A stretch of 64,000 nucleotides of DNA from Podarcis gaigeae (lineage: Eukaryota), in the NCBI GenBank assembly GCA_964106915.2, contig OZ066915.1. One strand, given 5' to 3'. Of this stretch, positions 11,001-26,000 are shown piece after piece. Below the pieces are notes generated by a model that saw only the letters and a list, made by a program, of their open reading frames with translations, was not told the DNA's origin and made no database searches. Positions within the stretch are counted from its first letter, which is position 1. Each line of letters starts with the position of its first letter. The translations under genes and the position numbers were made by a program.

Positions 11001-14000
11001 CACTAATATCCTGCCTATGGTGGCTCACAAACATCAGTTAAGGCAATATACAGTTTGTAGAATAATTAAACAAGTGAACAAAATGGCAGCTAAATTCATA
11101 GAAGGCAGAAAGAAACTAAATCAAACTAAAAATACAGCAAAACAAAAATTTGCAGCACACCAAAACACTGGTAAAGATGGGGCAGTGTGAGCCTCCTGGA
11201 ACTGGGAGTTGCACAGCCCAGCTGTGCAGTTGAAAAGGCCCCTCTCATGCCCTGACCACTTAGTCTTCAGTGGCAATTGGATGCAAAGCAGGGCCTCTGA
11301 TGAATATGGCAAGCAGGCTCATGTTGGAACAAAACTATCCTTCATGTATCCTGGTTTCAACCATGCGGGGCACAGGTGGGGAATCCCTGGCCCCTTTTCA
11401 TTCCCGCCCATTTCCTACAAGGAAATTATGCTCATTTGCACAAAAGGGCCTTTACCCACTAAATTGCTGCAAACGGGGATTTTGTGGGTAGCAGCTGAGG
11501 AGCGAAGGGTTAAGGCTCCCTTTTCCACACTGTGCTACTGCATCCTCAGCCAGGTGATAACCAGCACTTTGAATTGTGCTCAGAAATGAACTGGTACCCA
11601 ATGCTGATTGAACAGTATGAAAAGTATTTGTTCTGAAAAACAGGCCCACAACAAAACTCTGGCTTCCAAATTTTGTATCAGCTGAAGTTCCTGAATAGTT
11701 TTCAGAAGCAACTTTCTATAGAGCTTATGTGACCAATGTTAGATCTGCTTTTTGCAGAAAAGGGCACAGTTGGTACATCTCCTTTTCCACATCCAATTAG
11801 TAGTCCTGAGAGGCTGTTGAAGAGGCTACCAAAAAAATCTAGTAATGAAACAAAACAATCTAGTACTGTACGGATACAAAAATTATGCTAATGGAGCCAG
11901 GCTAATTCAGGCAACATTTCCTGCCATCAAACTAGTTCTTCCTTGTTGTATATGGTAACAGCCCCACCGAAATCTTCTGAGGCAAGGCGGGCAAGCTGAG
12001 CAACTGGATTGTAATGGAAGCAGTCTTCCCTTGCTGGCAGTTGCCAGGCAGCAGGTCCTCTGAGGCAAAGGACCAAATAAACAAATCAAAATGCAGATAA
12101 CTCAGATTTATAACCCAGGTCATAGGTGTGTAATTGCAAGAAAAAAGAGGTAGATTTCAGTGACAAAAACACGCCAACCTGTAAGGTGCAGTGGCTGTGT
12201 TTGCATGTCACACACTGATTTAGCAAAACTTGCACAAGCAGGAAGAAGCATAGTTCTAAGTTGCCTTGTTTTGAATTTGACCATATTTAGCTTGTGGGGT
12301 GGAGAGAATAACTGGGGGAGGGAAGGAGTGTTGTCCCTGTCAATCTTCTGAGAGGTTCCTTGTTCCTTTCCCTGCTGGACTGTATAGTGTTAAAAGGAAC
12401 AGGCTTAAGGCTGACTTCCAGCCCTGAACCTAAGCATTTTATAACTATATAAGGTGAGCAGGATGTTTCTGGAAACTGGTAGACATTTTCCTTCCACCAC
12501 TCCTAATACCTCCCCATATTGTGGTGGGTGGGGATTTCTTTTAATGCCATAACACACATTCATGAAAACCTAATGCCCACCTTCAGAGTCCTATAAGCTG
12601 TTTGCATCTCAACCTGGCCAATTCCTCCTCCCGTTCCTTTTCTTTTTTTCGCCTCAGCTGACAACATCCATATGCCATTCAAATGAGCTCAGGGTTCTGG
12701 AAAGAAGTAAACATAGACCATTTAGGCTGCTGGTGTATTATCTGGAGAATCAGAATGTTTTATATAATTCTACATACTCAAGGAGCCCCCTGAGTATGCA
12801 GAAACCTTTGTTGTTATTTTTATATGCCCCAATTCATTGCCAAAAGGATAGTCACTGAACTACCCAAGTTCAGTATTAGAAGAAACAAGTGGATTTGCAA
12901 CACAGTGCTGCAATCTATCCTTACCTCCGAAGTGCAGTGCTGCTGTTCTGGGTTCCATATACATTCAGGAACAAGAGTCTTGCAGTCCTCTTCAGGTCTC
13001 TTGGGCAAAGGGCTCAGGGGTGGGAAAGGGCCTCCTCAAGGTCTTCTCCAAATACTCCATATACAGGGTTGCCTGCTCCAAATCTGAACCTCTGATTTCT
13101 TTCCTCTTCTTCCACAAACAACTGATGTTCCAACATTCTATGTCTTAACTGCTTCCAACACAGTCTCAGTAACTTCTGGTTCCGTTGGTCCTCCCTTCTC
13201 CCCCTTCTGTTGATACAAACCGTTGTTTGCATTTTGTAACCTTTGTAACCTTGCAGCCATTTTTGTTACTTCAAATAAATAGACAAACAAACTTCTGCTT
13301 ATCCAGGAAGCCCTCATCTAGAAACCACTCCTTTATTTTTAAATGACCCTATTTCATTTTCAGGCACTCGAGCGTCTGAGTTCACTGTTACAGAGTGTGA
13401 TCATGATGATTCAATATTTGGTTGGTTGTAGAAGGAAACTTCTAACTTTCCTCTCAAAAATGGAAATGTCTGTGAATGTTTTTTTTAAAAAAAATGCCCA
13501 AACAATCAGTACTACCCCATATTTAATTTTGTATATGATTTCTGGTGATCAGTGCAACACTTACTACCTTAACACTAGACAAGTAGCATCTTATCTATAG
13601 TCCTAAACTGGGGCATCCGATTTCATGGCTGATCATCCTGTTAGAGGAAGTGTTAGTCCTTTGGGTATGGGAGTATTAGTGAATTGTTTCAGATAAACAT
13701 TTCCTGCTGGAAGTACTTAGTATTTGAGTTTTAACCATTTTCACAATTGTGTTTGCCATGCATTAAATCAGTTTTTAAATTATTCAATATAGGTGCAAAC
13801 CGTACAGACAACATTATCTGAATCTCCAGTGATGACCAGCCCTTCCCAACGCATCCAGATAATCTCCACAGATTCTTCAGTAGCTTCACCACAGCGCATT
13901 CAGGTATAAGGGTTTTCCCACCTGTGAATTTGGTTATATCATCTGACTTTTCTCTCTAGCTGCTAAAACTGTATTTTCAATCATAAAACAATTTTATTTT

Positions 14001-17000
14001 AAAAGAATCATACTAGGAAGGGATCTTGAAGGTCATCTAGTCCAACCCCCAGCAATGCAGGAATCTCAGCTGAAGCATCCATGACAGATAGCCATCCAAC
14101 CTCTGCTTATAAACCTCCAGTGAAGGTCCACCACCTTCCAAAGAACTCGGTTCCACTGTCAAACAGCTTTCACCATCAGAAAGTTCTTCCTGATATTTAA
14201 TCTGAATCTCATTTTTTGTAACTTGAAGCCATTGTTTCGGGTCCTAGTCTCTGGAACAGGAGAAAACAAGCTTACTCCAACTTCCATGTGACAGCCCTTT
14301 AGATATTTGAAGATGGCTATCATGCCTCCTATTCCAGCTGAGCATACAATTCTCTCAGCCGTTCCTCATAAAGGCTTGGTTTCCAGACTTTGATCATCTT
14401 GGTCACCCTCCTCTACACTTGTTACAGCTTGTCAATATCCTTCTTAAATTGTAGTGTCCAGAACTGGACAAAGTTTTCTAGATGTGGTCTGACCAAGGCA
14501 GAAGTGTGTGTTACTATGACTTCCCTTGATCTGGAGCTAGACTTCTGTTGAAGCAACCTAGAATAGCATTAGCCTTTTATTTTGCTGCTGCATCACACTG
14601 TTGACTTGTGTTAGGCTTGTGGTCTACTAAGACCCGTAGATTCTTTTCACATGGCAAGCCAGGTGTCCCCTATTTTTGTGCAGCTGGTTCTTTCTGCCTA
14701 AGTGCAGAACCTTACATTTGTCCATATTGGAATTAATTTTGTTTGTTTGGGCCCAGTTATCCAATCTGTTGAGGTCATCTTGAATTCCAATTCTGTCTTC
14801 TGTAGCATTTGCTACCCCTCCCAGTTTGGTGTCATCTGCAAATTTGATGAACATCCCCTCAATTCCTTTATCCAAGTCATTTATAAAGACGTTGAACAAC
14901 AATGGGCCCAGGACAGAATCCTGTGGCTCCCACTTGTTACTTTTTTCCAGGATGATGAGAAGCCATCAGTGAGTATTCTTTGGGTTTGGTCAGTTAACCA
15001 ACTACAAATCCACCTAACAGTAATCTTGTCCAGCCCACATTTTATCAGCTTCTCCACAAGAATATCATGGGGGACTTTGTCAAATGTCTTCAGTTTAGCT
15101 TTGAGGTCTTTAACAGTTATGTCACTGTTGTTGTTTCCCCGCCCCTACATTTTTTACCCAAATGCTCTTAATCCGCCTTGCATGTGCCAAGTCATGGATT
15201 TCTTCACAAGCGTACACTACACAAAATGCTACCCCTCACCCCTTCCTTTTTGGTCTATTCCTTTTGAATAGGTTACACCCCTCAATTTCTGCATTGCAGC
15301 CAAGTGTCTCATCCCACTAGGTTTCACTAATGTTTATTAGCTCATATTTGCCATCCTGTATTAAGAGCTCAAATTCACCTTGCTTCCCATTCTCTGTGCA
15401 GTAGTCTAGAGACAAGTGAAACCATGTGTCATTCCCTCCAGCTGTTTTCTTCTTATAGTTTCCTGCCCTTTGACAGGTTGCTATAGCACCACTCAGTTTC
15501 CTGTGCATCAGTGAAGCTGCTATCCCCAATACCAGCTGTTCTCCTGTTGTCTGTACTATTGTCTCCCTCCCCCTCGAGTTTTAGTTTAAATCTTTCCTGA
15601 TCAGATTCGCAAGATTCTTAGCAAGCACATTCTTGCCAGCCACCATAAGGTGCAATCCATCTCTTGCCAGAAGTCCTCCTTCAACAAAGTGGAGACCGTG
15701 GTACAAGAATTCAAACCTTTCCTGATGACACCACATGTGCAGCCAGTGGTTTACTTCCAGTTTTTTCCTTTCTCTTACTGGGCCACAACCTTCAACAGGA
15801 AGGAAAACCAGAAAAAACACCTGAGCCCCAAGGCCCATCAGCTTTCTACCCAGAGTCTCATAGTCCCTTGTTATACATCAAGGGTGCGTTGATACTAGCA
15901 GTATTGTTTGTACCCACATGAGTCATCAGGAAAGGGTTGAGGTCAGTAGGCTTTATAAGAAGTCTCTGTCGCATTGTCAATCTTTGTATCTGAAAGACAG
16001 CACACTTCCTGTTAGCTCCGCACACTACTGTCTCAGTCCCCTTCAGTAGGAAATCGCCATTACACCTCTCTTCCTCATCTGAGGAGTGACAGGAATTCTT
16101 CTGTACATTGTACCTTACATAGCCACCTCAAGTACTGAGGCCTGTGACTGCTGTCCTTGCTCCTCTGGTCCAGAATCAGTGTCCGAGATGGGGCCATGTA
16201 ATCAATTTTGCAGCTCCAGTGACAGAGCATAGCTCCTGATAGTCCTGCTTCTGTATGTCCTATTCCTCCAGTGGTTCGTCTTATGCTTCCTAGGGGCACC
16301 CCTCACTGCATTACTGTTCCAGGACACTCCACTCTGCTCTATCAAGAAAATCCTCATCTTGCCCAATAACTCAAGTGTGAGTTACAGTATCTCTGCCGGT
16401 ATGAGTTCTCTTAGTTCAGGTGTAGTTTTGCACATTCTCAGGCAGGAAGACAAGCATGGCACAGATGTTGCAGGCCACTGCAGCAGCTTTCTTGCCATCC
16501 ATGTCTCTTGGTCCTAGATCTTTCTTCTATGTGTTCAGTTTCATCCTTAGTGAGAAGACAGTATTATTACTAATAGTTATTACTTAACAACTGCCAGATT
16601 TTGTTTCATTATTGGAACTGTATTTTATGTTTACATCTTGCCACAGAAATTATTCTTGCTTATTTGTGAACTGTGGATGGTTGTGTGCATTGGGTGGAAT
16701 CCAGTTGGTCCTTCTAGCACTGTTGTTCCAAAGGAGGCATCTGCTAATGAAGATGGGGAGGCCAGTTTCCTCCTTTCTATTGCAGTCCAGCACCCCCCTA
16801 AAAAAAACTGTTTTGGAGGGTTTGGGGACCATTCAAAACAAAATTTTAGGGGGAATTGTGGGCTGTAGTGGGGAGAGAAAACATACAAAAATAGTCTCTT
16901 CTACTGATCCACTTCTTACTGGATCAGAAGTCTTTGCACTTGTGCAAATGCACCAGTTGGATGTAGCCAATTCATATTCCATATTGATTTGCATTCTGAG

Positions 17001-20000
17001 TTGTTACATACATAAAATGTACATAAAAGTTTTTTACTTCTTCTATACCCTTTTGTGGCTTAACTGCACGTATAACCTAGCAATAGAGTTTATAACTTTA
17101 TGAAGTTATAAAATATGATTCTACTAAATTGTTAAATCTCACATGATAAAATATTTCCATTTTTGTTATAGATTGTCACAGATCAGCAAACAGGGCAGAA
17201 AATCCAAATAGTAACAGCAGTGGACTCATCAGTCTCCCCAAAGCAGCAGTTTATATTGGCTAGTCCAGACGGAACAGGAACAGGGAAAGTGATATTGGCT
17301 GCACCTGAGGCTTCTAATACCAAGCAACTTATCTTTACCACCACAGATAACATTGTGCCCGGCAGAATACAGGTAAACACAGCAATTAAATAAGGGTATA
17401 TGAGTCAGCCATTAAGCAAAGGAAATGTTACATAGCTTATTAAAAATAAAATGTTTGTTTCATGGGATGATCTATGCAGTGAGTATAAGATGTATGCATG
17501 AAACAAAAGTAATCATATTCACCACAATAAATAAATAAATATGAATGCTAAACAAAAATAATTGTCTCTGAGAATGAGTTATGTGTTATATGAGGCAGAA
17601 GGTATATAGTTTTTCCTGGATTGTTATATATACTGATTCAATGGATATGCTTAATGGTCAGTTATAACATGTCTTGTTACAATCTGATTCATCTAAAATG
17701 ATTTACTGTTGAAGAATTGCTTGTTTTATCTGAAAAAAAATGTAAGTGCTGCCACAGTTGAGGTGGCTACTGATCAGCTCATTGCAGGGTTATTTACTTA
17801 ATTATACAATAATTTATATCCTGCTTCTTCACTCAAAGTGGCTAACGAAATATAAAAACAAACACAATTATAAAACAAACCATAATTAAAACAAGTTACC
17901 AAAAAACTAAGACAAAAAGCAGCTTGAGAGAACAAGAGCAATGAGAACCAGAACAATCAATCAATCAATCAATATTAAATTAAATTAAATTAAATTAAGT
18001 AACAAGCAAGTCAAAGTTTTGAACAGACATCTTCAAAATACTGGCAGAATGCAAATGGGATGTTATTTTGGGGCAGGGAATTCCAGGTGCTGCCACAGAG
18101 AAAACTCTTGTACATTGTCACAGAACAGCTGGTCTTAAAGGATAGGGTAGTTCACATGGGAAGAGTGGGTGTTTCAGGTAGTTTGATTCTAAACTGTTTA
18201 GAGCTTTAAGGATAACTGGCACCTTGAATTGCACTCAGAAATGAAGGGGCAGCTGGGGCAGCTGATACAGTAAGACACCAGTTTGCCCCATGAATATTTT
18301 ATTGGCAGCATTCAGCACCAATTGAATTGAATTGAATTTTTCAAGGGTAGCTCCACATAGAGCATGTTACGGTAGTCCAGTCAATATGTGGCTAATGCAT
18401 GTTGGACCAATGGTAGGCTGACTGCACCAGTAATGGGCACAGCTGGCACACACAAAAGTACTGCAGGCCACTTGAACATATTGTAACAAGACCAGATCCA
18501 GAAGTACTCCTAGGCCACAAGCCTGATCTTAAGAGGAGTGCATCCTGTCCATAATAGACTGATATTTTATCCCTATTCTAGTAGGCCTACTGGCTGATAG
18601 TACCTCTGCCTTGTCCAGATTTAATTTCAGGTTAGTCAGTCCATCACTGACTCCAAACACCAATTCATCAGCTTTCCAGAAGGAGATGGCAATAACATAT
18701 AGAACTGAGTTATAAAAATTGCCTCCAGAAGATTGCCTCAAGGGCATGTTAGTCTGCAAGACATTTGGCTTGATTAGGAATGTATGGAGCAAGCCTGCCA
18801 TATGATGCCAGCCAGAAAACATTTAGTTGTGGAGCTGCCACTAATGTCATTTTTCTCTTTCCATTTGCCTGTTGTTAATCCAGTATAAGGTTTTTCACAT
18901 TGTCTTCAAACCACACCTGCACCTCTGTATCCTTTCCCCCTTTTTCTCACTGCATTCATATTTGTCCATTTCATTCTTTCTTAAATCTCAACTTTTCTGC
19001 ATTTTTGTTACTTACTCACTGCTGCTACTTCTGCATGGAACATCTCCCTTTCCAGAGTCTCCATACGTCCCCCCTTTCTTTCCTTGCAAAGTACCTAAAA
19101 TCCTGCCATTACTTTCACTTTTCTTCTATGTTAACTTGAATGGAACTTCTTCTGATACAATTGTGTTTAAAATATTTAGGCAGCTCCTTTTTTATTTAAT
19201 TTGAGATGGAGAGTGGCACTGTAAGCCTTCTAAATATTTCATTTTAGATTGTGACTGACTCTGCCTCTGTGGAACGTTTGTTGGCTAAAACTGATGTCCA
19301 GCGCCCCCAAGTAGTAGAATATTGTGTTGTCTGTGGAGACAAGGCATCAGGTATGTTCTGTAGGAGAATTATCAGATGTGGTGCAAGAAATTGACTGTGC
19401 TCACTGATGTCAAAAAATGGCACTTGTGGATTGTTAAACAGATGAATTTGATTCTAGAACATTGTTCTGGCAAAACAACTCAAGCTAGATATTGCCCAGC
19501 AGAATGTAGTTCTATTCCACTTTCTCCTGAGAGTAAGTAGCAATATTCTGAGGGCCTGGAGAAGAATAAGCTGCTACATGGCATAGGTAGTGTTGAGGAA
19601 GCTTCTGATTGATGACATGAATTGCCTGGCCACATTTGGATGTGCCTGGCATAGCAGCTTCACAACAGATGAAAGTTTAAAATCAACACCTAAGAGCTGT
19701 TATACATCTTGATCCTTATGCAAGCAAAACTCAAGCTTACAATCCAAATATACAACCCTCAGAAAATAAAGTACTTATCACCATCAGGGTAAACCTGGGG
19801 ATTATTGCAAATATAGTCTGCTCAACTACTTTAACTTCAAATTCCAGTATTTTGACGCTCCTACGTACATCACACCAGTTAGCAACAGAAACGCAATAAC
19901 AAAGCCATTCTTGTTTCCTGAGCTGAATGAAACCATAGTTAGCATTTTCTGCTTTCTGAATATCTGCGGGTAGATACGTAAATTCAAAATCTGGCATAGG

Positions 20001-23000
20001 GCTAAGTTTCCATTTTTTAAATGCAGATCTCAGCATTAATGCCACTTCGGCAGTCCACCTTGTTTTAGTCAACTCATTGCTGCCTAACAATTATAGGAGG
20101 GACATTGTTTGAAGAAACAGCGCCAAAAACTCATGCCAAACAGCATTATCCCCCTAAGAGAAGTTTTCTCTTATTAATGGTTAATTTGTGCCATGCAACA
20201 TGAGGACTCCTAATGCTGACACAAAATCCGAGCGGCCAACATGGTGCAGGCACTCACCCAGCAGCAGCATCACTGTTCTTTACCTAGACAGGGGTGAAAG
20301 GTCATTGGCAAGGTTAAGACTTTTTGGGTGTATCAGTGCACCTGTGCAGCCCCAGCCTGACCACCACTCTGCCCCACCCTTTAGGGTTGCTGCCATCAAG
20401 GGGCACTGTGGCCCCCTCCCGCCATGTCAGCCACTCTTGCACAAAATTCAATGGCTAAATTGCTGACTAGGAGCCAGACAAATGCAGCATATATCATGCC
20501 ATTCTTAAAGCCCTGATCTGTTTCTGGTCACAGTTGAAAATACTGATGTAACCTTTAAGGTTATATGGTTATTATTCTCCCACATGAATCTGCCTCAATG
20601 TTACAATCGTCCTCAGAGGCCCCTTTTCAAGTCTTCCACCCTGGCAAGGAGATTGGGCTTTTAGCTGTGGTGCTCTGATCCACTTGGTACTGAGTCTGAT
20701 GCGTTTCATTTGCCCGTGACTTAGATTATGAGTTAAGCTGGCCCTACACTGGCATATATTTAACTGTTCTGTGTTTTCTACTTTTAAACCTTGTTTTTTG
20801 GTGTTTAAAATGCTGTTAGTTGGTCTGCCTTCAGGCTGAAAAGCTGGATAAGAAATATTCTAAATAAAAGAAATGCTATGAGTAACCATTTTAGAACCAT
20901 ACTAGTACATCACTGATGGGTTTAAGCACAAAATACACCCCAGTCTAACTAACAGAATAGCATGAGACTTGTGTATGTGTGAAACCTGAAAATGCATGCA
21001 AATACTTGAGGATTTTCTTCTGATTGGAATACAATGCATATTAAAAATGTGAAAAAACTGAAAAGCAACCCACAGCAATATCTGAACAAAGTACCCTGCA
21101 TATTATAAAAATAGTTCTAAAATCCATCTTCCTGTCACATTCGTTGTATATTCTTAATTTCTGGCTTTTTTTAGGTCGTCACTATGGTGCTATCAGTTGT
21201 GAAGGATGCAAAGGCTTCTTTAAAAGGAGTGTGAGGAAAAATCTGACCTATAGTTGCCGTAGCAACCAGGACTGTATCATCAATAAACACCATCGGAATC
21301 GCTGCCAGTTTTGTCGGCTAAAAAAATGCCTTGAGATGGGAATGAAAATGGAATGTGAGTCTAAAATACACAGAGTGGTTCTTTGTCTATCAAGTGATAG
21401 ATATGCATAGACAAACAGCCTGTTCTGTCAAGTATAGTTTAGAGGCCTGTGGTTAAAATCAATTTCTATTGTTTTTTTAATAATTTTTCATTATCCAAAA
21501 TCAAAATTTATTTCATGTTTTATATTCTAAGCCATAATTTTTTGATCATTTGCATTGTGAATGTTAGAAATAAGCATTAAATGACTTATAATGTTTTTTC
21601 TTACAACATTACAAAAATAGCTAAGATGCTATTCACAGTGAAAGGTGTATCTAAAGATCAGATACCTTGAAAAATGGCAGCATGATAAGAAATAAGAAAA
21701 CAGCCACAGGGCATGAGATCCAGTAGCCTAACAGTACAACTAGGCAGAACATTGGAACACTACTAAGTAAGATGGCATGACTTGACAGTGATGAGTAATG
21801 TCTAGGATGGACATGAAAGTTATATGATGGTAGAAGCAATGAGGTCACTCTTAACTGAATAGAAGCTGCTTTGTAGGTAGCTATTATGCTTAATAATGCT
21901 GCCATGTCTGCAGGTATCCAGTCCTGGTTTAGGTATGATTCATAGTGCAGAGCACACGGAAACGCCGTTTACCTTCCCACCACAGTGGTACCTATTTATC
22001 TGCTTGCACTGGTGTGCTTTCGAACTGCTAGGTTGGCAGAACTGCTAGCTGGGGCAGAGCAACGGGAGTTCACCCCGTTGCACAGATTCGAACCACCAAC
22101 CTTCCAATCAGCAAACTCCAGAGACTCAGTGGTTTAGACCACAGTGCCACCAGTAATCGGCCATCTCCACATTTCTGAGATTGAACTATTGGGTAGAACT
22201 GGAACTGGTGCAAAGCATTCACTTTCACTGAACCAAATTGAACTAAGACTGTATGCAAGCTAAAGTCCTGCTTTAAGAATGTACATGTTTTCCAAGTCTT
22301 TAAATGAATGATTTATTTTTAAAGCTCTGTATCTTTATGTGATTTAGCTGTACAGAGTGAAAGGAAGCCATTTGATGTGCAACGTGAGAAGCCAACGAAC
22401 TGTGCTGCTTCAACAGAAAAAATCTATATCAGAAAGGACTTGAGAAGTCCTCTAATAGCAACCCCAACTTTTGTAGCAGATAAAGATGGGGCTAGGTATG
22501 TGACAAATGAATCTTACTGAGGTGTATGTAATTCTGAGCTTTTTCAAAGTCACAGAATAGAAGATAGCATTTAAAACGTGACTCAATTGGTTTCTAATTA
22601 GTCCCTAGTTTTGAGATGGTTCTTTCTTGTGAGTTCAGATGCTATTATAATGAATCAGTATGGAACTTTCCATACTTACTTGGATACTACCTGTCTTAAG
22701 TCATGATGTTAATAAGAAAATATAGCTTCTTATTCTTATTATAAAGGACACAGTACAGCTTAATGTATGACAGAACCTTGCCTCAAAGGATTTGTACTGT
22801 TCAGGCGGAAATGAGGCTCTGATATTGTAAACTCCCCGAGACAAAGACTTGTCATGTGCTCATCTCTGTTGTATCATGCAAAATGAAAGGGCCTCTTTCT
22901 TTCACAGAAGGCGTTGTGATCCAGCAAAGGCTCTTGCTGGAGCAAGTGGGGAAGTGATTTTTGTTGAATTTCCTCTTCCTTCTGCAGTCTCCCTCCCAAG

Positions 23001-26000
23001 TAGCCACTCATCCTGTTCCAGAAAGATCCCCTAAACTTCTAGTCCACGTTGGGGGGGGGGGGGCAAACAGGGTAGAGGATGAATTGGTAAAAATCGTTCT
23101 ACTCCTTCCCAGCAGTGTGGCCATTGCATGAGTGGAGTTCTGCTTACAGGATATCTGGGTCCAAGTCCTAAAGTGTTTACCTGTCTATATGAGAATAGCC
23201 AATATTCACATTTTAAATCAGAGGTGACTAACCTGTGGCCCTCAAGATGTTGTTGCATGACAACTCCAGACATCCCTGGCTGGGGCTGACAGGAATTGGC
23301 TTCTAACAATATCTGGAGTGCCATGGATTAACTATCCTGCTTTCAAACTTGAAGATACTTTGATAAAGAAATCTATCAAAACTGAAAGGCATGGCACTAC
23401 TTTTGATTATCTGAAAGGGAAATGGTGTGGTTCTTTAATAATAGATTATTACTCATGCTCCCCGTTTTTGAACAGATCAGCTGGCCTTCTTGATTCAGGG
23501 ATGCTTGTGAATATTCAGCAGCCGCTAATAAGAGAAGATGGCACAGTTCTCCTGGCTACAGATTCCAAGGTATCTTCCATAGATTTCACTGTACAGTTCA
23601 TATTTTGTTGTTTCAATAAGGTGCTTTCTGTGCAGATATATATGAATACATCATTCCTCACAAGGAGCACAGCTCAGTAAAACTATTGAAGGATGATTGT
23701 GTGGAGTAGAGCATATCCCAGCAATGAAGAAAAAAGACTTGGCTCAATCAACTAGCCAATTTATATTTTGTTTATTTTTTTTCTTTTTCAGTGTAGTTTT
23801 AAATTGATTTTCTCTCCATTGCCATGTTGGGAAAGTGGCATAATGGTTTTAATGGTTAAGTTTACTTAACACATATATATAAATTTCTTTTGTAGGCTGA
23901 GACAAGCCAAGGTGCCTTGGGGACGCTAGCAAATGTTGTAACTTCACTTGCCAGTCTCAACGAGTCGCTTAATAATGGAGACACTTCTGAAATTCCACAA
24001 GAAGACCAATCTGCAAGTGAGATCACTCGGTAGGTACTTCATATTAAAAACTTACTTATCTCCCAGTCCATTATATGTAGTTAGTTAACTGAATAAACTA
24101 GAGCAGCAGCATGCCAGGCTATGGATAATAGGCAATGCCTTATATTAAAGCATCAATGTCAAGTTCTATATTTAGATTCTGTCATCAACCTGCATAACTT
24201 TAATTACTCTGTTTAGCATTTCAGGGAATGGGTTATAAATAGCAAGATAACAGAATGCTGCTGTGAAGATACTATGACAGTAAAGGGATTTTCTATTAAA
24301 CTATTTCTAATTTGCTGTTTTCTAGTCATGGGAGTCTGCTACAGAGACTCTCTTTAAGTTTGTAATGGGTACAAGTGTGACCTAGAACAAAAACTTTCAG
24401 TGTGGAATGCTTCTATTCCAGCCATTTTGTTTCATTTTATTCACTGACAATGTTCAGTCTTTGGAAAGTGGGGGTGGGGAATTCAGCCCTTGGAGTTCTT
24501 ACACCTCCCTTTTGTGTGAAGAACTTGCCATTTTGGTAACGAAAGGCTACGTACTCAGTGGCCTGGTTCGCATGTCACAGTAAGCCGAACTATGGGTTAC
24601 CAGGACCACGCCAAAAATAAAACTGACATCATAATGCCATTATACAAATCTGTGGTGTGACCTCACTTGGAATACTGTGAAATTGGAAAAGGCTCAGAAA
24701 AGGGCACACTTGAACCTTGTGGGGATGCTCTGAAGTTGAACATTGGAAGATTCAGAACAGTTAAAAGAAGTACTTCTTCACGCAATACATAGTTCAACTC
24801 TGGAACTCGCTCCCCAGGAGGCAGTAATGACCACCAACCTATGTGGCTGTAAAAACAAATTAGACAGAGGAGGAGAGGGATTATCAATGGCCGCTATCCG
24901 TGATGGCTATATTTGGCCTCCACAATTGGAGGCAGTAGTGCTTCTGAAAACAGGTTGCTGGAAGCAACAGGAAGGGATAATTCCCTTGTGCTTGAATCCT
25001 TCTTTCCCACAGGCATTTGCCCACTAGATGGGTCATTGGCCTGATCCAGCCGGCTCTTCTTATGTGGGCTCCTGAAGAGGAACTTGCAGCTGCTTTGCTC
25101 CTTCCTGGACTTTTTTATTGCTGCACTGAGCTATGCCATACCTGTGGCTTGCTGTGTTACCTGAATAAATCTTGACTATAGTTCTTCAGTAGTGAGGAAA
25201 CAGCTTGACCATGAGCGTACATTTAGACAACACACTAAGTCAACCTTTGGTTCGGCTCAGCACCGCAAAAGAGTTTAAAAAAGGCAAGGATAGAGGAATG
25301 CAGATGCAAGTTTCTCTTTGGGAACCCACACATTTGCACAGCCCTGGTAACTATAGTTTGGCTCACCATGCATGACATGTTAAGCAGGCCAGATAATTAA
25401 TTCACCATTGATACATATGTATCTGTGTACAGAAGTATAAGTGACATTATGTTTTAATAGACTTACTCTTATTTGCAGTGCATTTGATACTTTGGCTAAA
25501 GCACTTAACACCACAGATGGAGCAACAGCTCAGAATCTGGCAGATGGGATGGATCCCACAGGTGGTGGGAACATTCATGTAATCAGTAGAGATCAGTCTA
25601 CGCCAATCATTGAAGTTGAAGGACCCCTCCTTACAGACACTCATGTGACATTTAAGGTGTGTGTGTTCCCTTAATTTATTTGGGCAAATATGCCAAGAAG
25701 CTCTAAAAAAAAACAACACAATGACTTTTAACAAGCAAAAATAAGTTAGTGAACATCATCTTCACTTCCCATGCTGTCTGTTTTCCTTGAGAGTTAACTA
25801 TTTCATTGGAATCTCTTCAGCTGATGCCCATTTTACAACTTATAAAGGAGGGAGCAATGGGTTATCCCTTAAACCGTAATGGTAAATTAAATACATGTGA
25901 CCACACATGCTTTCTGGCAGCTACTGAAATCTTTTGACTGAAAAAGTTCTCCAGCTTCATAAAATTTGAGAGCAGGACACATTACTTGACTATAAAATGG

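Noticed and set aside
14702-15271. 189-aa plus-strand ORF
   Set aside because: Antisense frame of the CR1 reverse transcriptase region.
19720-20190. Complex, repeat-free intronic sequence that might be a conserved element or poison exon
   Set aside because: No clear splice-site pair or other support without alignments.
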